A stretch of DNA of 64,000 bases. It comes from an uncultured Candidatus Saccharibacteria bacterium. Lineage in GTDB: Bacteria; Patescibacteriota; Dojkabacteria; B142; OLB20. Positions 36,088-45,121 of this stretch are shown here, piece after piece. Below the pieces are notes generated by a model that worked only from the letters and a program-made list of their open reading frames with translations, was not told the DNA's origin and ran no database searches. Both the position numbers and the translations under genes were made by a program. Positions within the stretch are counted from its first letter, which is position 1; each line of letters starts with the position of its first letter. The stretch lies in NCBI GenBank assembly GCA_964461915.1, contig CAYWVD010000001.1, forward strand, positions 90,211 to 154,210, in the 5' to 3' direction.

Positions 36088-38205
36088 TTATAATTTGCAC
36101 TCGTAGATCACAGAGTCATTTGATCTAAATGATTCGGTGCAATATTGCTTAATGATATCAGTACTAAGGTCTGTATAAGTTTCCCGTTCTTTATCACCAA
36201 CTACGATATATTTAACGAAATATTTTTTTACAATTTTCAAAAAATCGTCTTTTGATTCTGTTGTATAGATATCTTTAAGTTCTTCTTTTCTAGCATTAAT
36301 CTCGTCAATATTGCTTCGCCATTGCCATTCATGCGTGGGCCAGCCAATAATATCGGTTAATCCTGTATTTGCAGAGATTCTGCAATAGTAGGTGTAAGCA
36401 TCGCCAACTGCTTCAGCAATCACTGCTTGTCCAGTAACATTGGTATTAATCCAATTGATCATGGCATAATCTTCTGGGTAAAGCTTTTTAATATATGCAT
36501 TACCATCGATCGTATCATAAAGCTTGAGGGTCTTATCGCCATTTAATAGTTGATCGAAAGAGAAGTTTTTTCCGTCTTCAAATTTGAAAAATGAATAAAA
36601 ATCATTCAAAGCTTCAAAAATGTACGAAAAAGAAGATACAAAAACAATCAATATCACCAACCCATTAATCGCTAATAATAAAAAGCCGTTTTTAAGAGGT
36701 GTGGTGTAGATTTTACGGGAAATGGCATTTATAAAATAAAAGCATGAGATGAAAAATATAGGCCATGCTGCAAAGTAGAATTTAAAGACTGTATTTGTTC
36801 GAAAATAGGGTGGATTAGCTTGATCAAAAAGATCTTTTACATAAAGTATTTCGACTCCAATTATAAGGGCAAATGCAGCAAATCCCAATAGAAAAGCAAA
36901 GATCGAAACATCGTTTTCCTTAATTAAGCTCTTAATGTGGTTTTTAATATTCGAAGCTTTAGACTTCATTAGAACCAAATATGAAATCCCAACTGTAAAA
37001 ATGATCGACAATTGGGCGCCCCACATCAATAACCATTCTTTAAGATCTCGTTCAGTATTAAGTGGAACAAATCCTATACCTCCCACGGCAGGTTTAAAAT
37101 TGTAGAAGTATGGAGCCATAAAGATCAATCCGGGAAGTAAAAGAGTAGTTTCTAAAATCAAAAGCGTGACCAATTTCTTTTTTAATTCACCTTCAAACAT
37201 TAAAAATTGGACAAAGTTTATTAGTAAAAATAGAAAGTTTGCAGTAATAAAATCCCAACTATTGATTCCATACAAAGCAACTAGTGGAACTGATAAAAAG
37301 AGCATCATTTCAACTCTTTCCTTGGAATTAAATTTTGTATGCCATATGTTGTACAAAAAGGCCACCATCATTACTAAAAATGGGAATCCGATGAAATGGC
37401 CATGAAGATCGCCTAAGATAATTGAATATGCAGGGAATTCATTTATAACAAAGGGAATAGTCCTTGTTGCATCCGGGAACCAATATGAAAAATTCTCATG
37501 ATTAATAAATGCTTCTAATAATTTGTAAATGTAATGGAAGTTACCCCCAAAACAAATTAATGTAGCACCCATTAAAGCAATTACGCCTGACCATTTTTTC
37601 AAAGAAGCTTTTGTAAGCTGGAAAATTATTGCAAAACTAGCGATAAAACCATAAGAAATTATTGTATTCAGACCGAAGTTGTATGCAAAAGAAATTGGGA
37701 TCGAGCCGATCTTGGCAACAAAAGTGTATAAATAATGTCCAATATAATAATAATTAATCGACGATCCTGCGAACCACATATCTGATGGGGGCATAAATTC
37801 TGTTCTATTTATTGAATTCATAAAAGCAATATTCATGAATTTTTCAGTACCCTCGACTTGTGCATTTGTAGATTTAATCAGATTCCAAAGGACGAAAATG
37901 AACAAAAAAACGAGTTCTTCTTTAAGCATTGTTTTAGTGAACTTAAACTTGCTTTTCATTAAACGATAACCGGAAAATGCAAGCAGAATAACAAAGACTA
38001 TTAGGGAACTCCATTCTGTAAATGGTATTAATTTTATAGAACTAAATATCCATAAGATGAGGCCTGAAATTAGGAAACCTAGAAATTTAGATATTGCATA
38101 GCCTTTATCGAACCATTTTCTAAAATATTTTTCACCAAATCCCAAACCAATAACATTAAAACACAAAAATACCAGATACCAAATAATCATGTATTTTAGT
38201 TCCAT
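36088..38205 (-). CDS. Large polytopic membrane protein with a YYYxG motif (Chlor_Arch_YYY/DUF2298-like; putative GT-C-fold glycosyltransferase) and a C-terminal soluble domain
   Basis: 705 aa, more than 12 TM helices, 'SSINYYYIGHYLYTF' motif, C-terminal extramembrane domain of about 200 aa. Confidence 0.5.
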   Translation of the reverse strand: MELKYMIIWYLVFLCFNVIGLGFGEKYFRKWFDKGYAISKFLGFLISGLILWIFSSIKLIPFTEWSSLIVFVILLAFSGYRLMKSKFKFTKTMLKEELVFLFIFVLWNLIKSTNAQVEGTEKFMNIAFMNSINRTEFMPPSDMWFAGSSINYYYIGHYLYTFVAKIGSIPISFAYNFGLNTIISYGFIASFAIIFQLTKASLKKWSGVIALMGATLICFGGNFHYIYKLLEAFINHENFSYWFPDATRTIPFVINEFPAYSIILGDLHGHFIGFPFLVMMVAFLYNIWHTKFNSKERVEMMLFLSVPLVALYGINSWDFITANFLFLLINFVQFLMFEGELKKKLVTLLILETTLLLPGLIFMAPYFYNFKPAVGGIGFVPLNTERDLKEWLLMWGAQLSIIFTVGISYLVLMKSKASNIKNHIKSLIKENDVSIFAFLLGFAAFALIIGVEILYVKDLFDQANPPYFRTNTVFKFYFAAWPIFFISCFYFINAISRKIYTTPLKNGFLLLAINGLVILIVFVSSFSYIFEALNDFYSFFKFEDGKNFSFDQLLNGDKTLKLYDTIDGNAYIKKLYPEDYAMINWINTNVTGQAVIAEAVGDAYTYYCRISANTGLTDIIGWPTHEWQWRSNIDEINARKEELKDIYTTESKDDFLKIVKKYFVKYIVVGDKERETYTDLSTDIIKQYCTESFRSNDSVIYECKL

Positions 38206-39527
38206 TTGTTAGAAGAAATTATGTTAAATAATTCATTAGCTTGGGCAATAGCATAATTTGTGCCTCGATCATGCGGGAAGATCTGGGCAAAGTGAGCAAA
38301 AAGTAAACCATTTTGTCCTGATTTATATGATAGTATCTCGAAGTCGGTTGTTGCAATATGTTGGGCTTCAGGTGATTTAAAGAATTCAACGGATTCGATC
38401 TCCTGCTCATTAAATGCTGGGTTGATCTTTTTTAAATATTCAATGCATTTTTTTAGAAGTTCCTCTTTTGTCGATTTAAATAATTCTGAATTATTATCCG
38501 TGTATTTACCCAAATAAACTATTGTCTTATTATTGAATTTTGATTTTTCAATAAAATTCGTATGCTCAACCAAAGCCACAAATGGAGACTTTGTATCGTT
38601 TACGCTTGTCCAATAGAATTTACTTAAAGAGTTTTTTAGTGTCAAAATAAAACAATAGGCGCCAATAAATTTAATCTTTTTCAGTTTATCAGCATATTTT
38701 TTCGGTGGATTAAAAATCTGGATAAAGTGTTTTGGTGGTATAGTCGAGACAATAATATCAAACTTTTTTGTGACGGACTTATTTGCGTCGCCAGATGTAA
38801 ATTCAATTCTATGAGTGTCTTTAATCCTAGTATAGTTTGTAATTGACGAGTTTTTATAAATCTCTCCCCCTTGTTCAATTATCTTTTTTTCAAGACTATT
38901 AATCAGTTTATTGAAACTGCCGTCAATATATCCGAGTTTTTCATCCTTTGTGGGGAAATCTCTAGAACTTGATCTATCATGGATTCTTGTCCAAAACCAA
39001 GTCATAGCAATGTTTTTGTATTCACCTTCAAATTTTGATTCCAGCAAAGGCTTCCACATAACGGCTGTGACTGTTTTTCCGAAATATTTATTGCACCAAT
39101 CAAATGCAGTCCATTTTTCAAATTGCTTGATATTTTTTGTCTTTTGTAGATAGAAGCTGACAAGACCAAGTCTTAGCCTATTAAAAATATTTAATTTAGG
39201 GAAGGTCAGAATGTCTAATGCAGATGAGAATGTTAAAAGAGATTTGCCATCAAATAAGCCCATTTTGCTAGGTATCCATTGAATCGCATCTCCAATATTT
39301 AATTCGGTGAGTAAATTTTGTAAATCTATATCGCTTTTAAAGAAGTGATGGTAATATTTTTCTATGGGTTGATTTTCAATTTTTAAACCTGAAGCCAAAC
39401 CACCTAAAATGGGGGATTTTTCGATTATACTGACGATGAATCCGTTTTTTGATAGTCTGTATGCCAACGTAAGGCCCAAAATCCCGCCCCCGATGATTCC
39501 TATGGTAGGTAGTTTTGACTTTTGCAT
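38196..39527 (-). CDS. FAD/NAD(P)-binding oxidoreductase (amine-oxidase/protoporphyrinogen-oxidase-like fold)
   Basis: N-terminal 'IGIIGGGILGLTLAYRL...GGLASG' dinucleotide-binding motif; 443 aa; 10-nt overlap with the downstream YYY gene. Confidence 0.6.
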   Translation of the reverse strand: MQKSKLPTIGIIGGGILGLTLAYRLSKNGFIVSIIEKSPILGGLASGLKIENQPIEKYYHHFFKSDIDLQNLLTELNIGDAIQWIPSKMGLFDGKSLLTFSSALDILTFPKLNIFNRLRLGLVSFYLQKTKNIKQFEKWTAFDWCNKYFGKTVTAVMWKPLLESKFEGEYKNIAMTWFWTRIHDRSSSRDFPTKDEKLGYIDGSFNKLINSLEKKIIEQGGEIYKNSSITNYTRIKDTHRIEFTSGDANKSVTKKFDIIVSTIPPKHFIQIFNPPKKYADKLKKIKFIGAYCFILTLKNSLSKFYWTSVNDTKSPFVALVEHTNFIEKSKFNNKTIVYLGKYTDNNSELFKSTKEELLKKCIEYLKKINPAFNEQEIESVEFFKSPEAQHIATTDFEILSYKSGQNGLLFAHFAQIFPHDRGTNYAIAQANELFNIISSNKWN

Positions 39528-39550
39528 TTATATAGATTTAAAAAATCAAT

Positions 39551-39580
39551 TTGCTATAAAGAAGAATCATATCATATCAT
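39551..39580 (+). promoter_or_regulatory. Candidate promoter TTGCTA-N18-TATCAT for glyA
   Basis: Hexamers at 39551-39556 and 39575-39580, about 25 nt before the ATG. Confidence 0.25.
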
Positions 39581-39604
39581 AATTTATACTTTAAATTTTT
39601 CAAA

Positions 39605-40963
39605 ATGAATACAGCAAAACTACAAGATCGAGATCCAGAAGTAAATTCCTTAATAGAAAAAGAATCCGAAAGACAAAGAACACATTTATCTTTAATTCCA
39701 TCTGAAAATATTTTTAGCCCTGCAGTTAGAGAGGCAGTTGGCTCAGTGTTTATGCAGAAGTATTCAGAGGGTAATGTCGGAGCAAGATATTACGAGGGGA
39801 ATGAATTTGTTGATGAACTCGAAAGATTAACAATGGATCGAGCTCGCAAACTTTTTAATCTTCCTGATGATTGGAGCGTCAATGTACAGGCATTAGCTGG
39901 AAGCAATGCGAATATTGCAGTATATCTTGGTATACTTCCGCCGGGTTCAACAATTCTATCGATGTATTTACCCGATGGTGGGCATTTATCACACGGCTGG
40001 TCATATTCGCCCCAAAAAGATAAAACATCTGTAAATGCTGAAGTTTATCTAGGTGGAACAAAAAAAGTTAACATTTCTTCGAGACTTTACAATATAGTCC
40101 AATACAAAACCGATCCAAAAACGCATTTATTTGATTACCATCAAATTCAAAAACTAGCTCAGGAGCACAAGCCCAATCTCATAATTACCGGTGGGACAGC
40201 TTATCCAAGAGATATTGATTACAAAAAGATGAAGGCGATAGCCGATTCTGTTGGCGCCTTGTATATGGCTGATATTGCTCATGAGGCAGGTTTAATTGCT
40301 TCTTCAGTCTTGAATTCTCCCGTTGGCATAGCCGATGTCGTCACGATGACTACCCATAAGACTTTACGATCAGGTCGTGGTGCAATAATTTTAGGCAAAA
40401 AAGACTTAATTAAAAAAATTGATAAAGGGGTTTTACCAGGGTTACAGGGTGGCCCATTCAATAATAATATAGCAGGAATTTGTGTAGGATTAGGCGAGGC
40501 TTTACAAAGTGATTTTAAAATTTATGCAAAAGCAGTTATTGATAATGCAAAAGTCCTTGCTGAGGCACTTAAAGGATACGGATTTGATTTATTAACTGGC
40601 GGTACCGATAAACACCTAATCCTAATTAATATGACCAATAAGGGAATCTTTGGGAAATATACTGCTAGAGCCCTAAATTATGCAGGTCTAGTGTGTAATA
40701 TGAACACAATGCCACAAGAAAATCGATCCCCAGCAGATCCATCTGCAATTCGTTTGGGGACTCCATCCGTCACAACTAGAGGTTTAAGAGCCAACGAAAT
40801 GAAGCTCATAGCCAAATGGATAAATTCGGTTGTTGAAGAAATTAAACCATGGGCAGAATTAGACTTCGAATCTTTTCAAGAAAAAGTTAAAAGCTCCTCG
40901 ATAATTCTTGGAATCAATAAAGAAGTAGAAGCACTTTGTGAAAAGTTCCCGGTCGGATTTTAA
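39605..40963 (+). CDS. glyA: Serine hydroxymethyltransferase
   Basis: 'SLIPSENIFSPAVREA', PLP-Lys motif 'VTMTTHKTLRSGRGAII'; 452 aa. Confidence 0.9.
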   Translation: MNTAKLQDRDPEVNSLIEKESERQRTHLSLIPSENIFSPAVREAVGSVFMQKYSEGNVGARYYEGNEFVDELERLTMDRARKLFNLPDDWSVNVQALAGSNANIAVYLGILPPGSTILSMYLPDGGHLSHGWSYSPQKDKTSVNAEVYLGGTKKVNISSRLYNIVQYKTDPKTHLFDYHQIQKLAQEHKPNLIITGGTAYPRDIDYKKMKAIADSVGALYMADIAHEAGLIASSVLNSPVGIADVVTMTTHKTLRSGRGAIILGKKDLIKKIDKGVLPGLQGGPFNNNIAGICVGLGEALQSDFKIYAKAVIDNAKVLAEALKGYGFDLLTGGTDKHLILINMTNKGIFGKYTARALNYAGLVCNMNTMPQENRSPADPSAIRLGTPSVTTRGLRANEMKLIAKWINSVVEEIKPWAELDFESFQEKVKSSSIILGINKEVEALCEKFPVGF

Positions 40964-41505
40964 ATTGAGGTCGCAATAGATTCGATCTTCCAAGATCCTT
41001 CAGATTTACCAAGTGTAATAAATCTTGTATTTTGGCCTTGATCCCATATAGGTTCATGAGCATTGGGTTTAAATTGGATATTGATCTGAACCTCAAACAT
41101 TGGGTTCTTTTTATCAGATTCTTCCGTTAGTCTATTTATGCTTATTACTTCAACTTTCTCGAAATGAGAAAATGTAACTCCATAAGCTTGAAGAATTGAA
41201 TTTAATTGTGGGGGCTCTTCACCAACTAGTTTTGTACTCAAGAGATTAAGTGCTAGCCCAATTTCGTCCTTATCTAAATATTCGAAGAACATTCTTACCG
41301 TATCTTCATCTGAATTGTCAGTTGTTGTAGTTACTGTAGTAGTGGGAGATGCTTGAACTTCTTCGCTACCATTATATAAATGATTCAAGTTTTGATCGAA
41401 ATCATTTGAAGACTTGGTCTGTTGATTAATTACAACAATAATAAGCGCTATTAAAAGAATTAGGGGGATAAATCCTATAGCAAAAATCATAGTATTTTTA
41501 TTCAT
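40960..41505 (-). CDS. Hypothetical membrane-anchored or secreted protein (N-terminal TM, poly-Thr spacer, about 110-aa alpha+beta domain)
   Basis: ORF with N-terminal hydrophobic helix and 'TTTVTTTTD' spacer; no family recognised. Confidence 0.4.
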   Translation of the reverse strand: MNKNTMIFAIGFIPLILLIALIIVVINQQTKSSNDFDQNLNHLYNGSEEVQASPTTTVTTTTDNSDEDTVRMFFEYLDKDEIGLALNLLSTKLVGEEPPQLNSILQAYGVTFSHFEKVEVISINRLTEESDKKNPMFEVQINIQFKPNAHEPIWDQGQNTRFITLGKSEGSWKIESIATSI

Positions 41506-41535
41506 GATTTGCCAACTTGTATGTTTGATTATATA

Positions 41536-42036
41536 TCAAAAGTTCGTTGAAATGAAAGCATCGCAATTTATATCAAAAGGTCTTACGCCAGTTACTTGTC
41601 CCGAAGCCCTCCATAAAAAATGAGTTCCATTAGCTCCAAGATTTTCAATTGTATATCCCAATTGAACTTTTAAGATTTCTTGCATTGGAATTAAATTCTT
41701 TGAAGTCCATCTGGAGTATTTAACTCCCCGGTCTGATGAAGTGATTGCAACATCGCTAGTAAAAAAAGTTAAAAAGCCACCATCGCCCACATGGCTATAG
41801 ATTGTATTAACAGCCGCAGCCCATAGTATTCGGCCTAAATGCTGATTCCTGTTCGCAAAATCTAATCTAAAAAAAGTCCTCCAATATTCTGATATATCAT
41901 TTAATTCAGGGTATAAATATGATATGGGAATAGAATCTCTATAGAAATTAGCTTCCCCTAAAAATTTCCCATCACCTTGAAATTGATAACTTATTCGTCC
42001 TAATGGGTCAGTGATTTGTGATGGAATTATATGCAT
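41536..42036 (-). CDS. Small GNAT-like protein, paralog 3 of a tandem triplet
   Basis: Aligns by eye with 42754-43290: 'QHLGRILWAAAV' ~ 'LHKGIGVYAWAL', 'YSRWTSKNLIPMQEILKV' ~ 'YTNWSSKQINFMHSLLSV', 'THFLWRASGQ' ~ 'EHIIWEALNG'. Confidence 0.45.
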   Translation of the reverse strand: MHIIPSQITDPLGRISYQFQGDGKFLGEANFYRDSIPISYLYPELNDISEYWRTFFRLDFANRNQHLGRILWAAAVNTIYSHVGDGGFLTFFTSDVAITSSDRGVKYSRWTSKNLIPMQEILKVQLGYTIENLGANGTHFLWRASGQVTGVRPFDINCDAFISTNF

Positions 42037-42053
42037 CCCTTATGAAGTAAAAA

Positions 42054-42215
42054 TTATATTTGGTCTTGAATAACTAATGGGTATTCAGAATAATCACTAT
42101 CAAAATGTGCAGAATATCTTGCAACTCGGGCTATTTTACCATTAGGATTAAATGAAAGTATATCCACATGTGGATAGTTAAAGTCTTTTGTGTCAGGTAT
42201 GCCAAATATTTTCAA
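42054..42215 (-). pseudogene. Remnant N-terminal fragment (about 53 codons, no ATG) of a fourth paralog of the GNAT-like family
   Basis: Translation '(L)KIFGIPDTKDFNYPHVDILSFNPNGKIARVARYSAHFD...' parallels 'MRIFGIPIQSEKAVNPMSTIAIADQNGELVGRFDAFVS' of 42754-43290 and ends at a TAA 18 nt before paralog 3. Confidence 0.35.
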
Positions 42216-42254
42216 TTTAAAAATATATTAAAGTTAAATATAAAAAAGTTAAAT

Positions 42255-42731
42255 TTAATTCCCCCAGGCATTAGATAAATCACATGAACGAACTTGTCCT
42301 TGAGTACCCCAAAACCACCAATGCGAGCCGTAATCATTTACACCAGAAATAAATTGGTTAATTCTGAGTCCGAAAAATTTCACCAGGTTTTGTTGCACAT
42401 CACCAATATGTTTTGTAGTCCAATTATTATCAGATGCATCTACTGTGAAAAAATATGATTCCTTAAGTTTTCTGTCGTATAGTAATTGGGCTATAGACTT
42501 AGACCATAATGGGACTCCATATCTTTGCCCGGGCTGCTGAATGTCGAGAAATCCTTGCCAGACATGCGGTTCCTGTAACATACGGTATGCTAAATCTAGA
42601 TATGAATTATAGCTAGGTCTTAGAGGAGTTTGCCAAAAAGTCATAGAACCAATTTCTAAACCTTTGTCGTCAATGTATTTATATTTCGAAACACTTTTTG
42701 TCATAACTTCTTTTTTTGGAATCAAAATCAT
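42255..42731 (-). CDS. Small GNAT-like protein, paralog 2
   Basis: 'QRYGVPLWSKSIAQLL' and 'NWTTKHIGDVQQNLVKFFGL', 'SHWWFWGTQGQ' correspond to the conserved blocks of paralogs 1 and 3. Confidence 0.45.
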   Translation of the reverse strand: MILIPKKEVMTKSVSKYKYIDDKGLEIGSMTFWQTPLRPSYNSYLDLAYRMLQEPHVWQGFLDIQQPGQRYGVPLWSKSIAQLLYDRKLKESYFFTVDASDNNWTTKHIGDVQQNLVKFFGLRINQFISGVNDYGSHWWFWGTQGQVRSCDLSNAWGN

Positions 42732-42753
42732 AATAAACGCATCAAATATAATA

Positions 42754-43290
42754 TTAAATATCTAAGTAAAAATGATCATTTTTAAAATTCTCAGAGCTCC
42801 CTGACCTTGGTATCGGTCCATTTAGAGCTTCCCAAATAATATGCTCGCGGCCTTCATAATCATCTTCCCAAAATCTATTTACTGAAATATCAAACTTAAC
42901 ACTAAGTAAGGAATGCATAAAATTAATTTGTTTACTTGACCAGTTAGTGTATGGACCAAAAGGTTTTAATTTATCTTTAGCTTGATCAATTGTATAAAAA
43001 ACCTTAGTTAAACCAGATTGAGATTTCAAAAGGCCCACAACTCCAAGTGCCCATGCGTATACTCCAATCCCCTTGTGTAAATAAGGGGCTTCAAGTTCAA
43101 CATGTGAAATCCAGGCCCCATTTTGAATCAATTTATCATATATTCCACTTGGGTAAACAAATGGCGAAAAACTTCTTGAAACAAAGGCATCAAATCTCCC
43201 AACAAGTTCACCATTTTGGTCAGCTATCGCAATGGTTGACATTGGGTTAACTGCCTTTTCACTTTGTATTGGTATGCCAAATATTCTCAT
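42754..43290 (-). CDS. Small GNAT-like protein, paralog 1 (178 aa)
   Basis: 'ISHVELEAPYLHKGIGVYAWALGVVGLL' resembles GNAT motif A (h-V-x-x-x-x-R/K-G-x-G-x-x-L). Confidence 0.45.
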   Translation of the reverse strand: MRIFGIPIQSEKAVNPMSTIAIADQNGELVGRFDAFVSRSFSPFVYPSGIYDKLIQNGAWISHVELEAPYLHKGIGVYAWALGVVGLLKSQSGLTKVFYTIDQAKDKLKPFGPYTNWSSKQINFMHSLLSVKFDISVNRFWEDDYEGREHIIWEALNGPIPRSGSSENFKNDHFYLDI

Positions 43291-43374
43291 TCGAAATTAT
43301 ATCATAGATATATACCAATTTTAAACCCACTTTTTCTACTTTACAAAAAAAAATCATCGTGTAACAATTTAGCT

Positions 43375-44148
43375 ATGAATCTAATTGCTATAGCAAAAGC
43401 GTTGGGTGTTGATGATATTACATCTCCGACTATTCCTTTTGTCCCTCCAACGGGGACTGTTACTGGTTTACCTACTACCACCGATAGTCCAACAACTGGG
43501 GCGAGTATCTCATTAAAGGCCGATGTAACAAGTATTAAGAAAGATACAGAAACTGATATCAGTGTCATCATATTCAGTAATTCGGAGGAGATAAAATCTT
43601 TAAAATTTACAGTTTCTTATGATCCCAATATTTTTGAAATAGTTGATGGTAGCGATTCTGAAGCTGGTGTTCAAATCCATTATTTAAATTCTTTTTTTGT
43701 AACAAGTAAAAATTCAGTTGATACAGTTAATGGAATAATAACACTTGAAGCAGGTTCCCAAACAGGTACAGCTACTATTAGCAATAGAACAATAGCAAAA
43801 ATCAAAGTTAAGGCCTTAAAAGATGGAATCGGTGAGTTTCGAGTAGTTAAAGATCAATCAAATCTTTTGAAAAGTGATGGGACAAATGTCTTGGTTCAAA
43901 TTCAGGGTGTTACTTTGAGAGTTGGAGAAGGTCAGTTGACTGGGACTCCGAGTGTTAGTACTTCTGTAACTGGTAGCACTACTGGATCTCCCACTGGAAG
44001 TGATATTCAAAAGCCCTTTGATAAGACTCCGGATACTGCTCTATTTGATACACCAGGGAGTATATCGGCTGTGGTTGGGGGTCTTTTCTTGATTGTCACT
44101 GGAATATATTTATACAAGAAGAAGGGTAGCCATGATTTACAGCGCTGA
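43375..44148 (+). CDS. Secreted surface protein with a beta-sandwich (cohesin-like?) domain and a C-terminal 'TPDTALFDTPG'-TM-KKKGSHDLQR sorting-signal-like tail; start taken at the Met of MNLIAIAKALG
   Basis: Thr/Pro/Gly linkers around a roughly 140-aa domain (FTVSYDPNIFEIV...GIITLEAGS); C-terminus = motif + hydrophobic helix + basic tail. The upstream 37 codons of the tracked ORF overlap the convergent gene, so they were excluded. Confidence 0.4.
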   Translation: MNLIAIAKALGVDDITSPTIPFVPPTGTVTGLPTTTDSPTTGASISLKADVTSIKKDTETDISVIIFSNSEEIKSLKFTVSYDPNIFEIVDGSDSEAGVQIHYLNSFFVTSKNSVDTVNGIITLEAGSQTGTATISNRTIAKIKVKALKDGIGEFRVVKDQSNLLKSDGTNVLVQIQGVTLRVGEGQLTGTPSVSTSVTGSTTGSPTGSDIQKPFDKTPDTALFDTPGSISAVVGGLFLIVTGIYLYKKKGSHDLQR

Positions 44149-45121
44149 AGAAGTTTTCATGAATACAATCATTCGTATTCAAATTGTTTCAAATCAAGGC
44201 ACTATTTTCACGAAAGAAAAGTTATACAAAGCATTTGACTGCTTTAAATATGTTGTTGATAAATTTTCCAGGTTCAAAAAAGACAGTGAGCTGTCACTAT
44301 TAAATACAGGAAAAATTAAGGATGGTATTGTTTCACAAGAGCTCTTCGATTTAATTAATCTCACTTTAAAGGCTTCAAAAGAAACTGATGGGATTTACGA
44401 TCCGACAATAATCGATTTACTTGAACTCTATGGCTATGACGAAAAGGGCTCATTTAGTGGATTATCGAATAAAAAGCTCTCGGATGAGGTTATAATAATG
44501 TGTAAAAATAGGCCATCAGTAAATGATATTGTGCTTGATAAAAAACAAAAAAAAATCCAATTATTAAAAAATCAAAAGATCGATTTAGGAAGTGTAGGAA
44601 AGGGTTATGCAGTTGATCTTGCATATGATTTCCTGCGGAAATTCAATTTTGATGGTATATTAATAAATGCAGGGGGAGATATCCGATCCTTTGGAGTCAA
44701 TGCTCATGGATTACCCTGGACAATTGCCTTATACAGAGCTCAATTACCAAATAATGCAATTGATCACAACACAAAAATTGATGGTAATAGCTGGGGAAAT
44801 GTTATTCTAGAAAATGAGAGCATTTCGGGTTCTGGTGGATGGGCAAGAAAGATTGGAGTATTCCATCATCTCTTGAATCCAAAAACAGGATTCCCGATTA
44901 ATGAAGTCTCTCAGTCTTTCGTAATAGCAAAAACAGCTACTGAGAGTGATTTGTATTCGACTATATTGTTTTTATTGGGTCCAAAAGGGTTATCATTAAT
45001 TAGTAAAAAAGGACTCAAGGGATTTGTGGTAGATTTTAAAGGTAATATTTTTAAATCTACAGATTTTAATTATTTTTTAAGTTTTAAAACATCCTATGGA
45101 AATATCAGAAATTATTACTAA
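44132..45121 (+). CDS. apbE: FAD:protein FMN transferase (ApbE family); start at 44132 or 44159
   Basis: 'IDLGSVGKGYAVDLAYDFL' and 'HHLLNPKTGFP' ApbE motifs. Confidence 0.7.
   Translation: MIYSAEEVFMNTIIRIQIVSNQGTIFTKEKLYKAFDCFKYVVDKFSRFKKDSELSLLNTGKIKDGIVSQELFDLINLTLKASKETDGIYDPTIIDLLELYGYDEKGSFSGLSNKKLSDEVIIMCKNRPSVNDIVLDKKQKKIQLLKNQKIDLGSVGKGYAVDLAYDFLRKFNFDGILINAGGDIRSFGVNAHGLPWTIALYRAQLPNNAIDHNTKIDGNSWGNVILENESISGSGGWARKIGVFHHLLNPKTGFPINEVSQSFVIAKTATESDLYSTILFLLGPKGLSLISKKGLKGFVVDFKGNIFKSTDFNYFLSFKTSYGNIRNYY

Noticed and set aside
43264-43374. First 37 codons (MYWYAKYSHSK...) of tracked ORF 43264-44148
   Set aside because: They overlap the 5' end of the convergent-looking minus-strand gene 42754-43290 and its upstream region, and the track's own ORF start there is an open-frame artefact. 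The ATG at 43375 with a hydrophobic N-terminus is the more plausible start.
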